A stretch of 64,000 bases of DNA from an uncultured Gammaproteobacteria bacterium (lineage in GTDB: Bacteria > Patescibacteriota > Patescibacteriia > SBBC01 > CAIJZX01). The translations under genes and the position numbers were made by a program. The notes under the pieces were generated by a model that was not told the origin of the DNA, did not search any database, and saw nothing but the letters and a program-made list of their open reading frames with translations. The stretch spans positions 28,841 through 92,840 of the forward strand of contig CAYGGC010000002.1 in the NCBI GenBank assembly GCA_964349465.1, given 5' to 3'. This document shows positions 9,898-19,503 of the stretch, one piece after another; within the stretch, counting starts at the first letter, position 1, and each line of letters begins with the position of its first letter.

Positions 9898-9926
9898 ACT
9901 ATACAACATTCTTCGATCCGAGTCAA
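9898..9926 (-). promoter_or_regulatory. Sigma70-type promoter for rnpB
   Basis: The minus strand reads TTGACT, a 17-nt spacer, then TATAGT. The predicted start lies about 7 nt downstream, at the modelled 5' end of the RNA. Confidence 0.55.
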
Positions 9927-9935
9927 GGTCGCCGC

Positions 9936-10337
9936 TTACCCGGCAGCATCAAGGGCGTGATTCACTAACGCATCCGCCGCGCTATTTTGTTCGCGAGGAA
10001 TGGCCGTGAACGTCACTCGGCCAATCTGGTTCACGAGTGACTGAATCCGAATAAACCACTGGGCTAAATCTTTATTTTTCATCTTGTATTCACCCCGGAG
10101 CTGCTTCACGACCAGTTCGCTATCGGCAAAGAGTTCCACCGACGTCGCACCTTGGGACTGGCACCACTGTAGCGCGGCATGAACCGCTTGATATTCGGCT
10201 TGGTTGTTCGTCGTTACACCAATCGTCTGATGAAGTTGATGAACCACGTTTCCGTCGGATTCAATTACCGCGCCAATCGCCGCTGGGCCTGGGTTACCGC
10301 GTGAACCGCCGTCAGTATGAACTTGAAACGTTTTCAT
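9936..10337 (-). CDS. rnhA: Ribonuclease HI
   Basis: MKTFQVHTDGGSRGNPGPAAIGAVI... followed by NNQAEYQAV...ELFADSELVVKQ, the RNase H type 1 core with its acidic residues. The ATG overlaps the recJ stop as ATGA. Confidence 0.75.
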   Translation of the reverse strand: MKTFQVHTDGGSRGNPGPAAIGAVIESDGNVVHQLHQTIGVTTNNQAEYQAVHAALQWCQSQGATSVELFADSELVVKQLRGEYKMKNKDLAQWFIRIQSLVNQIGRVTFTAIPREQNSAADALVNHALDAAG

Positions 10338-12058
10338 GATGTTGTTCGCCAATCGATAATCTTGAGCTGCCGCTCTTTTCGCCCGTTCCAAATATTCCAA
10401 GACACTTCGACGGCAAGATCCGCTTGAGACCCAGGCACCAATTCCGCAACACGATCCCCCAGACGAAACCCGATGCATTTTCCGAACTGATCCCCTTGCC
10501 CAACAATGATTTTCACATGCTGTCGTTTCGCCCCAACGACCTGCGCTTCGCGGATCGTCACGTTCGACAACAAAAATACTGGTCGCGGGTTTTGCTGACC
10601 GTACGGCGCGCAGACATCAATCATATCAATCGTGGTCGGGTCTAGTTCTTCCAACGTAGTCGATAAATCAAGCTGGACGGGTTTCAGCGTCCGATCGGCC
10701 GGCACAGTTTCGGCTGTATGCGCTTGGAACCAACGCTCAAACGTAGGTCGATGGTCAAGTGCAATAAGGGTAAACCCGCAGGCACCCGGATGTCCGCCAA
10801 ATCGTCGAAAATGTTCCGCCCCGGCATCAAGGGCAGACATAATGTCGTAGCCGGGTGTTGATCGGCCTGAACCAACAATCTCTTCGCCGTTCTGCGTCAT
10901 CACCAAGACCGGTCGCCAGACTCGCTCCACCAGTCGTCCAGCAATCAAGCCAATAATCCCGGGTGACCAATGGGGAGCAAACGCCGTGTAGGCGCTCTGT
11001 TCACCTTGTTGCTCAATTTGCTCCAAAGCTTCGTCAACCGCCATTTCGGTCAGATGCTGTCGTTCAGTGTTGATGGCTTGAAGCTGTTCGGCTAGTTGTC
11101 GACCTTGAGCAGCATCGCGGGTCAGTAATAATTCCAGTGCAATTGAGGCGTGTTGTAATCGACCCGCCGCATTAAGACGCGGAGCAATTTGAAAACCAAT
11201 CGTGGTTTCGTCGGCCGTTTCTATTTCAGAACCCATCACATCGAATAACGCTCGCAAGCCGGGTCGCCGTGTCTTTCGCAACACCACTAAACCATATTTT
11301 ACGAGTAGCCGATTCTCACCGACGAGTGGCATCATATCTGCCACGGTTGACAACGCCGTCAGGTCCAGTAACCATTTTTCCCAACCATCAGGAACACGGT
11401 GATTCAAGGTGGAACCATTATTCGTTGCTTGCAGTAACGCGCAAGCTACAGTAAAGGCCACGCCACCTGATGAATAATGCTGAAAGGACCGTGCTTCGCG
11501 TTCAAAGACCGGATTGATGATCGCTGCGGCCTCCGGAATCTCCGCTGGCTGATGGTGATGGTCGAGGACAACAACCGATATTCCCAGCTCGTTCGCCCGA
11601 GCGATTTCCGCCACGTTTGTTGATCCGCAATCGACGGTGATTAAAAACTGCGTTCCTTGAGCCGCCAATTCTTCGATGGCCCGGACATTTAGTCCGTAGC
11701 CTTCGGCTAACCGTTCCGGCAGGTACCAATTGACCTTCGCGCCGAGGGCTCGGAGCACCTCAACCATCGTCGCCGTGGCGGTTACGCCGTCGACATCGTA
11801 ATCACCATAGACCGTGATTTGTCGCTGGGCGGTAATAGCCGCGATGATGTGATCCACCGCTGTCTGCATCTGCGTAAACACAAACGGATCTTGCAAGTCT
11901 TGTTCGTATTCTGGTCGAAGAAATTGTTTGATCGCGGTCGCCGTTCGATACCCGCGTTGCCACAACAAGCGCACGACCACTGCCGGTAATTCCGGAAACT
12001 CGTCGACGCGTGAAATCGGCGGCTGGTCCGCCACTATCCAGGGCCGCTGATTCATCAT
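10334..12058 (-). CDS. recJ: Single-stranded-DNA-specific exonuclease RecJ
   Basis: DHH motifs are present (ITVDCGS, VVVLDHHHQP), with the DHHA1 motif GGHPGACGF. Length 574 aa. Confidence 0.85.
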   Translation of the reverse strand: MMNQRPWIVADQPPISRVDEFPELPAVVVRLLWQRGYRTATAIKQFLRPEYEQDLQDPFVFTQMQTAVDHIIAAITAQRQITVYGDYDVDGVTATATMVEVLRALGAKVNWYLPERLAEGYGLNVRAIEELAAQGTQFLITVDCGSTNVAEIARANELGISVVVLDHHHQPAEIPEAAAIINPVFEREARSFQHYSSGGVAFTVACALLQATNNGSTLNHRVPDGWEKWLLDLTALSTVADMMPLVGENRLLVKYGLVVLRKTRRPGLRALFDVMGSEIETADETTIGFQIAPRLNAAGRLQHASIALELLLTRDAAQGRQLAEQLQAINTERQHLTEMAVDEALEQIEQQGEQSAYTAFAPHWSPGIIGLIAGRLVERVWRPVLVMTQNGEEIVGSGRSTPGYDIMSALDAGAEHFRRFGGHPGACGFTLIALDHRPTFERWFQAHTAETVPADRTLKPVQLDLSTTLEELDPTTIDMIDVCAPYGQQNPRPVFLLSNVTIREAQVVGAKRQHVKIIVGQGDQFGKCIGFRLGDRVAELVPGSQADLAVEVSWNIWNGRKERQLKIIDWRTTS

Positions 12059-12924
12059 GCGAACGCAGCCAATAATGGACGAAGATCGACGGGTTCAAGA
12101 TGCTGATCCGCTAAGGCTCGATCTTTCAGCTGCGGCAATCCGTCTTGGTAGGTCGGGCGAGCGTGCTGGTAAAAAATCCCAATCGGAAATTTTTCACCCG
12201 TGCCGGTCGCTTGAAGCCAAGCCGCATTTTTATCATCCGTCGGATGACCTAGTTGATCAAGTTTAACGACGCGTTGATAAAACCAGGCGTACGTATTCAC
12301 ATGATTAAATGTCACGCAGGGTTGAAAAACATCGACCAGCGCAAAACCCGGATGAGCGATCGCCGCTGTCAGAATTTCCTGCAAATGTTTTAAATCGCCG
12401 GCAAATCCACGGGCCACGAAACTCGCGTCACCAGCCAAGGCTAAGGCAATCGGGTTCAGCGGCTCTTCAAGTGAGCCCGACGGCGTCGAATCCGAATGAA
12501 AACCTTGCATCGAGGTCGGCGAGGTCTGACCCTTCGTTAAACCATAGACCTGATTATCCTCGACTATATAGGTCACGTTCGGATTAGCGCGCATCGTGTG
12601 GAGAAAATGCGACAACCCTTCGCCATACCCAGCGCCGTCACCGCTAATCACAATTGTTTTTACTCGGTGGTTAGCGAGAGCCAGACCGGTCGCGAGGGGC
12701 AACGACCGCCCGTGGAGACCATGAAACGCATAGGTGTTAATAAAGTTGGAACCATTACCGGAGCAGCCAATATCAAAAACTACTACCACGTCATGCTGAG
12801 GAATAGTGCTATGTGCTAGAACATTCTTTACCGCAGTCCAAAGTGCTAAGTTTCCGCACCCCGGACACCAGGTTGGTGTTAGGCCAGTTTCGAAGTGTTG
12901 CGGCTGATGGGCTGGCGGCGTCAT
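12055..12924 (-). CDS. 2-oxoacid:ferredoxin oxidoreductase, beta (TPP-binding) subunit
   Basis: The N-terminal WCPGCGN motif, a GDG...E TPP motif (VISGDGAGYGEG) and a 289-aa size fit the two-subunit OFOR type. Confidence 0.8.
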   Translation of the reverse strand: MTPPAHQPQHFETGLTPTWCPGCGNLALWTAVKNVLAHSTIPQHDVVVVFDIGCSGNGSNFINTYAFHGLHGRSLPLATGLALANHRVKTIVISGDGAGYGEGLSHFLHTMRANPNVTYIVEDNQVYGLTKGQTSPTSMQGFHSDSTPSGSLEEPLNPIALALAGDASFVARGFAGDLKHLQEILTAAIAHPGFALVDVFQPCVTFNHVNTYAWFYQRVVKLDQLGHPTDDKNAAWLQATGTGEKFPIGIFYQHARPTYQDGLPQLKDRALADQHLEPVDLRPLLAAFA

Positions 12925-12925
12925 A

Positions 12926-14689
12926 TTACGTGCTCAGATGATGAATCTGCTCAGCAACTTCGTGGGCATCAAACGGACGACCGTCATACCGACGAAGGTC
13001 ATGGGTACAGCTCAATCCCGTGTGTTGTTTGATCAAGCCGCTCATCTGTCCACTTTGGTTCGCTTCCAGCATCACCGTCATTGGGGCTGACTGGAGAAGT
13101 CGTTGGACCGACGCCACCGGAAATGGATGAATCCATGTGAGTGGCAAGACATTTGTTGATCGATGGAAATAATTCGTCAAACGTTCAGCCGCCGCCAGTG
13201 CCGGACCAATACTCGATCCCCAACTGACAATCGTGATATCGGCTTTCGCTGGTCCAACCAATTTGGGTTCCGGAAGCTCGCGCTGCAGTGTTCGTTCTTT
13301 CCGGGCCCGTTTATTCATCTGCGCCAGTCGCTCCTCGCGCTCCTCCGTCGTAAAACCGGTCGGCTCGTGCTCATCGGAGTTTGCTAAAAACATTCCATCC
13401 GGCATACCCGGAAGTGTCCGAGGAGAAATGCCATCATCAACATCGGTTCGATAGCGAAGAAATCGCTGTTCGCCTGGAACGTCAGTAGGATGCACAATTT
13501 TTCCGCGATCAAGCGGGAGAGCCGCTGGTAACGCACTAATCGTCCAATGACCTTCAGCTAAGTATTTATCAGTCATAACAATCACCGGCGTTTGGTACCG
13601 TTCAGCAAGATTAAAGGCTTGTTGAATCATGGTAAAGCATTCCGTCGGATTTCCTGGCGCGAGAACAATCTTCAGGAAATCCCCTTGCGACGCGTGCAGC
13701 ACCTGACGAAGGTCGCCCTGTTCAGTCCAGGTTGGAAGACCAGTTGATGGGCCACCGCGCTGCGCTTCAATCACCACTATTCCTACCTCCGCCATACCGG
13801 CTAACCCGATCGCTTCGGTCATCAAGGCAAAACCGCCCCCTGCGGTGCCACACATCGCCCGAACTCCCGCCCAAGCCGCTCCAATCGTTTCGTTAATCAC
13901 GCCGATTTCGTCTTCCGCATGCCGGACCACCATTCCATACGCCGGTCCGTGAGCCGCCAAATACGATAGAACGCTCGAAGCTGGGGTCATCGGATAAGCC
14001 GCGTAAAAAAGACATCGCGCCTGAATCGCGCCAAGCGCCAGCGCTTCGTTCCCGGTCATCAGGAATCGCTGCGGGGCAGCAGATATCGGCTCGATCGACC
14101 ACGGAAAGGTTTCACGTTGCACTACCGGAATTGCGTCATACCCAGCCTGGAGTAAGCGAAGGTTCATCGCGACAACATCAGGACCTTTCGCCGTGAATGA
14201 CTCAGCGATAACAGCCGACGGAACAGTCGCATCAACCGACAAGAGCGCGAATGACGCCCCTAAGGCCACAGTATTTCGCATCAATTTTTGTCCCCCAGCA
14301 GCCCGGGCAATATCTTCAAAGGCTAATCCATGCCAACGCACATCCCGTCGAGTCATGGTTTCAGGCGCAAAGGATTTGAGGGTTGGATCGGACGAATCAA
14401 AAATTACAACTGCGCCCGGCGTCAATTCATCAAGATGTCGGTCAATCGTTTCACGATTCAGGGCTACCAACATATTGACCTCGGTGCGATGCGCGTGCAG
14501 CGGCCGGGAAGAAATAGCGACCTGATAGGTGTTGTGACCGCCCCGAATGAGCGAAGGATACTCTGAGTAATCGACGGCGAACAATCCGGCACGAACACAC
14601 GCCTTCGCGAACGCGGCACCGGTGGCCATGATGCCAAAGCCAGCTTCACCGCCGATTTTCCAACTCACGTCGTTAACGATATGCTGCAT
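12926..14689 (-). CDS. 2-oxoacid:ferredoxin oxidoreductase, fused alpha/gamma subunit
   Basis: 587 aa. The N-terminal gamma-like domain (KIGGEAGFGIMATGAAFAKA) is followed by an alpha-like domain. The gene sits immediately upstream of the beta subunit. Confidence 0.8.
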   Translation of the reverse strand: MQHIVNDVSWKIGGEAGFGIMATGAAFAKACVRAGLFAVDYSEYPSLIRGGHNTYQVAISSRPLHAHRTEVNMLVALNRETIDRHLDELTPGAVVIFDSSDPTLKSFAPETMTRRDVRWHGLAFEDIARAAGGQKLMRNTVALGASFALLSVDATVPSAVIAESFTAKGPDVVAMNLRLLQAGYDAIPVVQRETFPWSIEPISAAPQRFLMTGNEALALGAIQARCLFYAAYPMTPASSVLSYLAAHGPAYGMVVRHAEDEIGVINETIGAAWAGVRAMCGTAGGGFALMTEAIGLAGMAEVGIVVIEAQRGGPSTGLPTWTEQGDLRQVLHASQGDFLKIVLAPGNPTECFTMIQQAFNLAERYQTPVIVMTDKYLAEGHWTISALPAALPLDRGKIVHPTDVPGEQRFLRYRTDVDDGISPRTLPGMPDGMFLANSDEHEPTGFTTEEREERLAQMNKRARKERTLQRELPEPKLVGPAKADITIVSWGSSIGPALAAAERLTNYFHRSTNVLPLTWIHPFPVASVQRLLQSAPMTVMLEANQSGQMSGLIKQHTGLSCTHDLRRYDGRPFDAHEVAEQIHHLST

Positions 14690-14695
14690 GAGTAG

Positions 14696-15811
14696 TTAGT
14701 GTATCACGCGCTGAAGATCTTCAGCAATTGCCCGTTCTTCGTCGGTCGCAACAGTCAAGCACTTCACCCCACGCGGCACGTTCACGCCTCGCAAAATCAA
14801 TCGCTGAACAACGCGATTCTGCCCAACGGAACCAGTGAAAACTATCGCCCGTAAGTGTTGTGCTAATCCAACATAACTACTTAAATACCGTTGAATGTCA
14901 TAGCGAAAGATGTCGATCGCCAGCCGTGATTGCCGACGTTGCTGTGCGGACCACCGACGACGTGGCCAACCAGGCACCGCGTGCCCAGCCGCACCTAAGA
15001 CATCGCGAATATCATGTAGACCCGTCAATCCGTATAACCCCGATTGGTGATTGAGCATCTTCGTTACCTGCTGAACCGATAGCTTGGCTTGTGTTTGCAA
15101 AAAAAGCGGGATCATTGGATCAATATCGCCGGACCGGGTCGCCATTGTTAACCCCTCGAGCGGAGTAAAACCCATGGACGTATCAACGGGGTGTCCATGC
15201 TTCCACAGCGTCATACTATCCCCGGCCCCAAGATGAATAGTAATCATCGTCCTCGCCGACCGCGGAATCTTCAGTCGCTTCGCCGCTTGTTCAAGCGCCC
15301 AGGCGTGAGAAATTCCGTGAAATCCATATTTTCGGATGTTAAATTTTTTTGTGACCGCAATTGGTAAGGCGTAATTTCGAGCGGCCGCGGGTAGCTCGTG
15401 AAAGAGGCCTGTATCGAAAGCCGCCCACACCTCCGCCTGTGGCCACCGTTGTCGCCCCGCCCGCAGAACCTGAAGATTCCGTGGAACATGCAACGGCGCT
15501 AAAGGTGTGTAACTCGCGAGGGCTCGTTCCACGGCCGCCGTGACTCGAATCGGCTGAGAAAATTTTGGACCACCGTGAACCACGCGATGTGCGACAACCG
15601 ATGGAACAAATTTTTGTCGCTCAAGTTCACTAGCGATAACGCGAAGGGCAACGGTACTCGTCGGAGCTTTGATCTTTTGAACACGGCGATTGATATGGAG
15701 ACGCGACGCGCCGCCAATCTGTTCAACCTGACCACGGCAAACAAGGCGTCCGCCGATCCAGGCGGCAAACTTGAGTGACGATGAACCGGCGTTAAGGACG
15801 AGGAGATTCAT
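14696..15811 (-). CDS. ackA: Acetate kinase
   Basis: MNLLVLNAGSSSLKF is the N-terminal signature and HRVVHGG the second motif. 371 aa. Confidence 0.75.
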   Translation of the reverse strand: MNLLVLNAGSSSLKFAAWIGGRLVCRGQVEQIGGASRLHINRRVQKIKAPTSTVALRVIASELERQKFVPSVVAHRVVHGGPKFSQPIRVTAAVERALASYTPLAPLHVPRNLQVLRAGRQRWPQAEVWAAFDTGLFHELPAAARNYALPIAVTKKFNIRKYGFHGISHAWALEQAAKRLKIPRSARTMITIHLGAGDSMTLWKHGHPVDTSMGFTPLEGLTMATRSGDIDPMIPLFLQTQAKLSVQQVTKMLNHQSGLYGLTGLHDIRDVLGAAGHAVPGWPRRRWSAQQRRQSRLAIDIFRYDIQRYLSSYVGLAQHLRAIVFTGSVGQNRVVQRLILRGVNVPRGVKCLTVATDEERAIAEDLQRVIH

Positions 15812-16383
15812 GATTGGAGCACTTCTCCAGTTGTCGTTGCGCTGACGCCCAGCGCGTTTGCTTCATCCGTATCAAGATGTAATCGCCAAGAAAAATCAGG
15901 ATGGACGCGGACTAGTACATATTCAAGAACGCCGCCCCGTGGCCCATCAATGCGGACCGAAACTTCTTGACCTTCGTGAAGTCCAAAGGATTCACAATCT
16001 TTTGGGTGGGCGTGAATATGGCGACGCTGGAGAATCGCGGCCGGGACTTCGATCGAACCTTGTGGTCCGATGATAGTGACGGGCGCCGCGCCTTCAAGCT
16101 TTCCCGATTCAGACAAAGGTGGCGTTAAGCCAAGCTTGCGCGCATCGGTGGCTGCTAGCTCAACCTGGGTATACGTCCGGACCGGTCCAACGATTCCAAC
16201 GCGCCCCAACTCCCCTTTCGGTCCACGCAAGGTAACGCGTTCAGCAGCGAGGAATTGCGGGGGTTGAGAAATCGTCGCTCCAACCGTCATCGGTTGTTCT
16301 CCAAAAATTTTTTGCCAAGCGTCAGCCGACAGATGCACGTGACGAGCGGAAATTTCGATGGGTATATTAGACATAGTTTTCAA
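15808..16383 (-). CDS. pduL: Phosphate acyltransferase of the PduL type (PTA analogue)
   Basis: The duplicated PduL motifs are present: ISARHVHLS, then RRHIHAHP. The gene overlaps ackA by ATGA. Together the two form an acetyl-CoA to acetate ATP-yielding branch. Confidence 0.7.
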   Translation of the reverse strand: MKTMSNIPIEISARHVHLSADAWQKIFGEQPMTVGATISQPPQFLAAERVTLRGPKGELGRVGIVGPVRTYTQVELAATDARKLGLTPPLSESGKLEGAAPVTIIGPQGSIEVPAAILQRRHIHAHPKDCESFGLHEGQEVSVRIDGPRGGVLEYVLVRVHPDFSWRLHLDTDEANALGVSATTTGEVLQS

Positions 16384-17962
16384 AAATATTATGACCAGTC
16401 ATTTCGGGAGGAATCGGCAAACCGGCTAAGCCGAGTAACGTGGGCGCGACGTCGGCCAATACTCCAACCGGCGTTAACGATGAAAGATCGCGCATGGGCG
16501 CGCGAAAGCGTTCAACCAAAGATGCGGGCAGGTCGTCCGCGATAACAAATAATGGCACCGGGTTTGCGGAGTGTTCTTTTCCAACCGCGCCGGTCTGGCC
16601 ATCAATTTTATCTTCAGCGTTCCCGTGATCAGCCGTAATCATCACAAAACCATTCACCTCTAACGTTGCCTCAACAATTTGACCAATCAATGTGTCCACT
16701 GTTTCCACAGCTTTAATCGTCGCCGGAATGTTTCCAGTATGACCAATCATATCAGGGTTGGCAAAATTGACGACCATAAAGCTATAGGTACCGGTATTCA
16801 GTGCCGTGATCACTCGATCCGCCACCGCCCGCGCGCTCATCTCAGGTTTTTGATCATAGGATGCCAACGAAGGTGACGGCACCAAAATTCGTTCTTCACC
16901 AGGCCAGGCGCTTTCGACGCCACCGTTGAAAAAAAATGTGACGTGCGCATACTTCTCGGTTTCGGCGGCGTGCACCTGTTTTAAGCCAGCATCGCTAAAA
17001 ACTTTTGCTAATGGGGTAATGACTTTTTCAGGTGGAAAAGCGATCGTCACGGGTAAATCTTTTTCATATTCGGTCATCGTCACAAAAACCAAATTTTTCA
17101 GATACGCGCCCCGATCAAATTTCTCAAAACCAGGCAAGGTAAATGCTTTCGTTAATTCTCGGGCGCGATCGGAGCGATAATTAAAAAAGATGATGCTATC
17201 GCCGTCACCAACCGTACCAACTGGCTGCCCATCATGGACGATCACGGTCGGCACCATTTGTTCATCATACACACTCTTCGCGTAACTCGCCTCAATCGCC
17301 GCGATTGGGTCGGTCGCGGTTGGGCCGTCACCTTGAACCATCGCCGCATACACGGGAGCGATCCGATCCCAGTGATTATCACGATCCATAGCATAATATC
17401 GACCGCTAATCGTCGCGATCTCGCCGATACCAATCGTCACAATTTTTTTCTGTAATTTTGCGACCAGCGTCGCGCCGCTGTTGTACGGGCTATCGCGTCC
17501 ATCAAGAATAACGTGAATCACAACGCGCTTCACTTTAGACTTTTTACACAGTTCCAAAAGCGCGAATGCGTGTTCATCAAAACTATGTACCCCAGCCGCG
17601 CTAAACATACCGACGATGTGCAACGTGCTGGACGCGGTTTTCACATTCTCCAGCGCTTGCCCAAAGGCCGGATTCGTAAAAAACGACTTATCCATAATCG
17701 ACCGCGTAATCCGCGGCAAATCCTGGTAAATAACCTTACCCGCCCCAATCGTTAGGTGGCCAACTTCTGAGTTCCCCATTTCGCCCCATGGCAAACCAAC
17801 CGCATCCCCGGCCGCTTGCAACGTCATGGCCGGATATTGCTCAATGAGTCGATCGAGGACCGGCGTTTTCGCAAGAGCGATACAATTCCCCCGCGAGGGT
17901 GGTGCGACACCAAACCCATCGAGGATCAGTAATACCGCGGGATGACGTTTCGGCGTGGTCAT
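16367..17962 (-). CDS. gpmI: 2,3-bisphosphoglycerate-independent phosphoglycerate mutase (copy 1)
   Basis: LLILDGFG, MGNSEVGHLTIGAG and the C-terminal ITADHGN are all iPGM motifs. 531 aa. Confidence 0.85.
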   Translation of the reverse strand: MTTPKRHPAVLLILDGFGVAPPSRGNCIALAKTPVLDRLIEQYPAMTLQAAGDAVGLPWGEMGNSEVGHLTIGAGKVIYQDLPRITRSIMDKSFFTNPAFGQALENVKTASSTLHIVGMFSAAGVHSFDEHAFALLELCKKSKVKRVVIHVILDGRDSPYNSGATLVAKLQKKIVTIGIGEIATISGRYYAMDRDNHWDRIAPVYAAMVQGDGPTATDPIAAIEASYAKSVYDEQMVPTVIVHDGQPVGTVGDGDSIIFFNYRSDRARELTKAFTLPGFEKFDRGAYLKNLVFVTMTEYEKDLPVTIAFPPEKVITPLAKVFSDAGLKQVHAAETEKYAHVTFFFNGGVESAWPGEERILVPSPSLASYDQKPEMSARAVADRVITALNTGTYSFMVVNFANPDMIGHTGNIPATIKAVETVDTLIGQIVEATLEVNGFVMITADHGNAEDKIDGQTGAVGKEHSANPVPLFVIADDLPASLVERFRAPMRDLSSLTPVGVLADVAPTLLGLAGLPIPPEMTGHNIFENYV

Positions 17963-19503
17963 GCGAGCAAACTTTTTCCCGTCATATCAGCCGGTTGCGG
18001 CTGCCCCAGGATTGCCAAAACGGTCGGCGCGACATCGGCTAATCGACCGCCAGATCGGAGAGTCCGGGCCTTCACTGCTGGTCCCACGAGCCACAGCGGC
18101 ACCGGATTGGCCGAATGCTCAGTATCAACCTCACCGGTTTTGAGATTTTTCATCTCTTCCAAATTCCCATGATCACCAGTGACAACAAGCACGCCGTTGA
18201 CTGCCGTGACCGCCGCAGCGATACGCCCAAGCGCGGCATCGGTTGCCTCCATCGCCTGAATTCCAGCGGCTAAGTTGCCAGTATGAGCCACCATATCGGT
18301 ATTCGCAAAATTCATGACGATGACATCAAATTCTTTTTTTTCGATGGCGCCACACACCCGGTCGGTCAAGGCCACCGTACTCATGGCCGGAAGTTGGTCA
18401 TAGTATTTGACTGGCGGGGATGGAATCATTTCACGGTGTTCTCCGCCAACCGGATCCGGGTACCCACCGTTGAAGAAATACGTCACATGGGCGTACTTTT
18501 CGCTTTCGGCGATGTAGAGCTGTCGATGATTCCGTAACACCATCGGCAACGTATCGTTGATAGTCAAGGCTGGGAAGGCGCTCAGGAGGTCCCCTAAATC
18601 TGGACCAAAATCAGTCATCGTCACGAACAGCAGATCACGAATAACCCGAGATCGATGAAAAGCTTTCGTGGCCGCATTGGCCGTCTCAAAGTCCGGTTGA
18701 ACAAAGGCTTTCGAAATTTGACGGGCTCGGTCCGACCGAAGATTGAAAAAAATAATCGCGTCACCGTCATGCATCCCATCGTACCCATCAACAATTGTGG
18801 GCTTAATAAATTCATCGCTTTCGCCTCGGTTATACGCTTGCCCTACTGCGGCTAACGCATCATCGGCTTGGTGCTCCCCGCGACCTTGGGTAATGGCGTC
18901 GTACGCAAGCTGGGTTCGCTCCCATGTTTTATTCCGATCCATTCCGTAAAAACGACCCATCAATGTCGCGACGTGCGCATCACCAAAAAACGGAACCATC
19001 TTCGTTAACATTTCCCGCGCAAAAAATCGCGGTGAGTCGCGTCCATCGGTGAATAAATGCAGTTTCACGTCTTGGATTTTGTGATTTTGGACAAACATCA
19101 ATAGCGCCAATAAGTGATCTGGATCAGCATGAGCGCTTTCGTTGCTCCCAAGCATCCCCATAATATGCAGCCGCGACTGATGTTTACGAACGTGACGCAG
19201 CACCGCGAGAAAAGCTGGGTTCCGAAAAAAGGTACCGTTATTGATGGCGTTAGAAATTCGGACGCTTTCTTGCGGCACAACTCGACCGGCACCCAAGTTC
19301 ATGTGGCCAGCTTCCGAGTTTCCATCTTGCCCCGGATTTAATCCAACCTCAACACCGCTGGCGTAAAGCTCGGTCATCGGCCATTGGCCACGCCAGCTAT
19401 CGAGGACAGGCGTCTTCGCTTGAGTAATGGCGTTAGCGGGACTCGGCGGGGCAATTCCCCAGCCATCAAGCACCGCCAATACAACCGGACCAGGCTGGCT
19501 CAT
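17959..19503 (-). CDS. gpmI: 2,3-bisphosphoglycerate-independent phosphoglycerate mutase (copy 2, paralogue)
   Basis: VLAVLDGWG, GNSEAGHMNLGAG and VTGDHGN. 514 aa. The two copies have diverged but both look full-length. Confidence 0.85.
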   Translation of the reverse strand: MSQPGPVVLAVLDGWGIAPPSPANAITQAKTPVLDSWRGQWPMTELYASGVEVGLNPGQDGNSEAGHMNLGAGRVVPQESVRISNAINNGTFFRNPAFLAVLRHVRKHQSRLHIMGMLGSNESAHADPDHLLALLMFVQNHKIQDVKLHLFTDGRDSPRFFAREMLTKMVPFFGDAHVATLMGRFYGMDRNKTWERTQLAYDAITQGRGEHQADDALAAVGQAYNRGESDEFIKPTIVDGYDGMHDGDAIIFFNLRSDRARQISKAFVQPDFETANAATKAFHRSRVIRDLLFVTMTDFGPDLGDLLSAFPALTINDTLPMVLRNHRQLYIAESEKYAHVTYFFNGGYPDPVGGEHREMIPSPPVKYYDQLPAMSTVALTDRVCGAIEKKEFDVIVMNFANTDMVAHTGNLAAGIQAMEATDAALGRIAAAVTAVNGVLVVTGDHGNLEEMKNLKTGEVDTEHSANPVPLWLVGPAVKARTLRSGGRLADVAPTVLAILGQPQPADMTGKSLLA

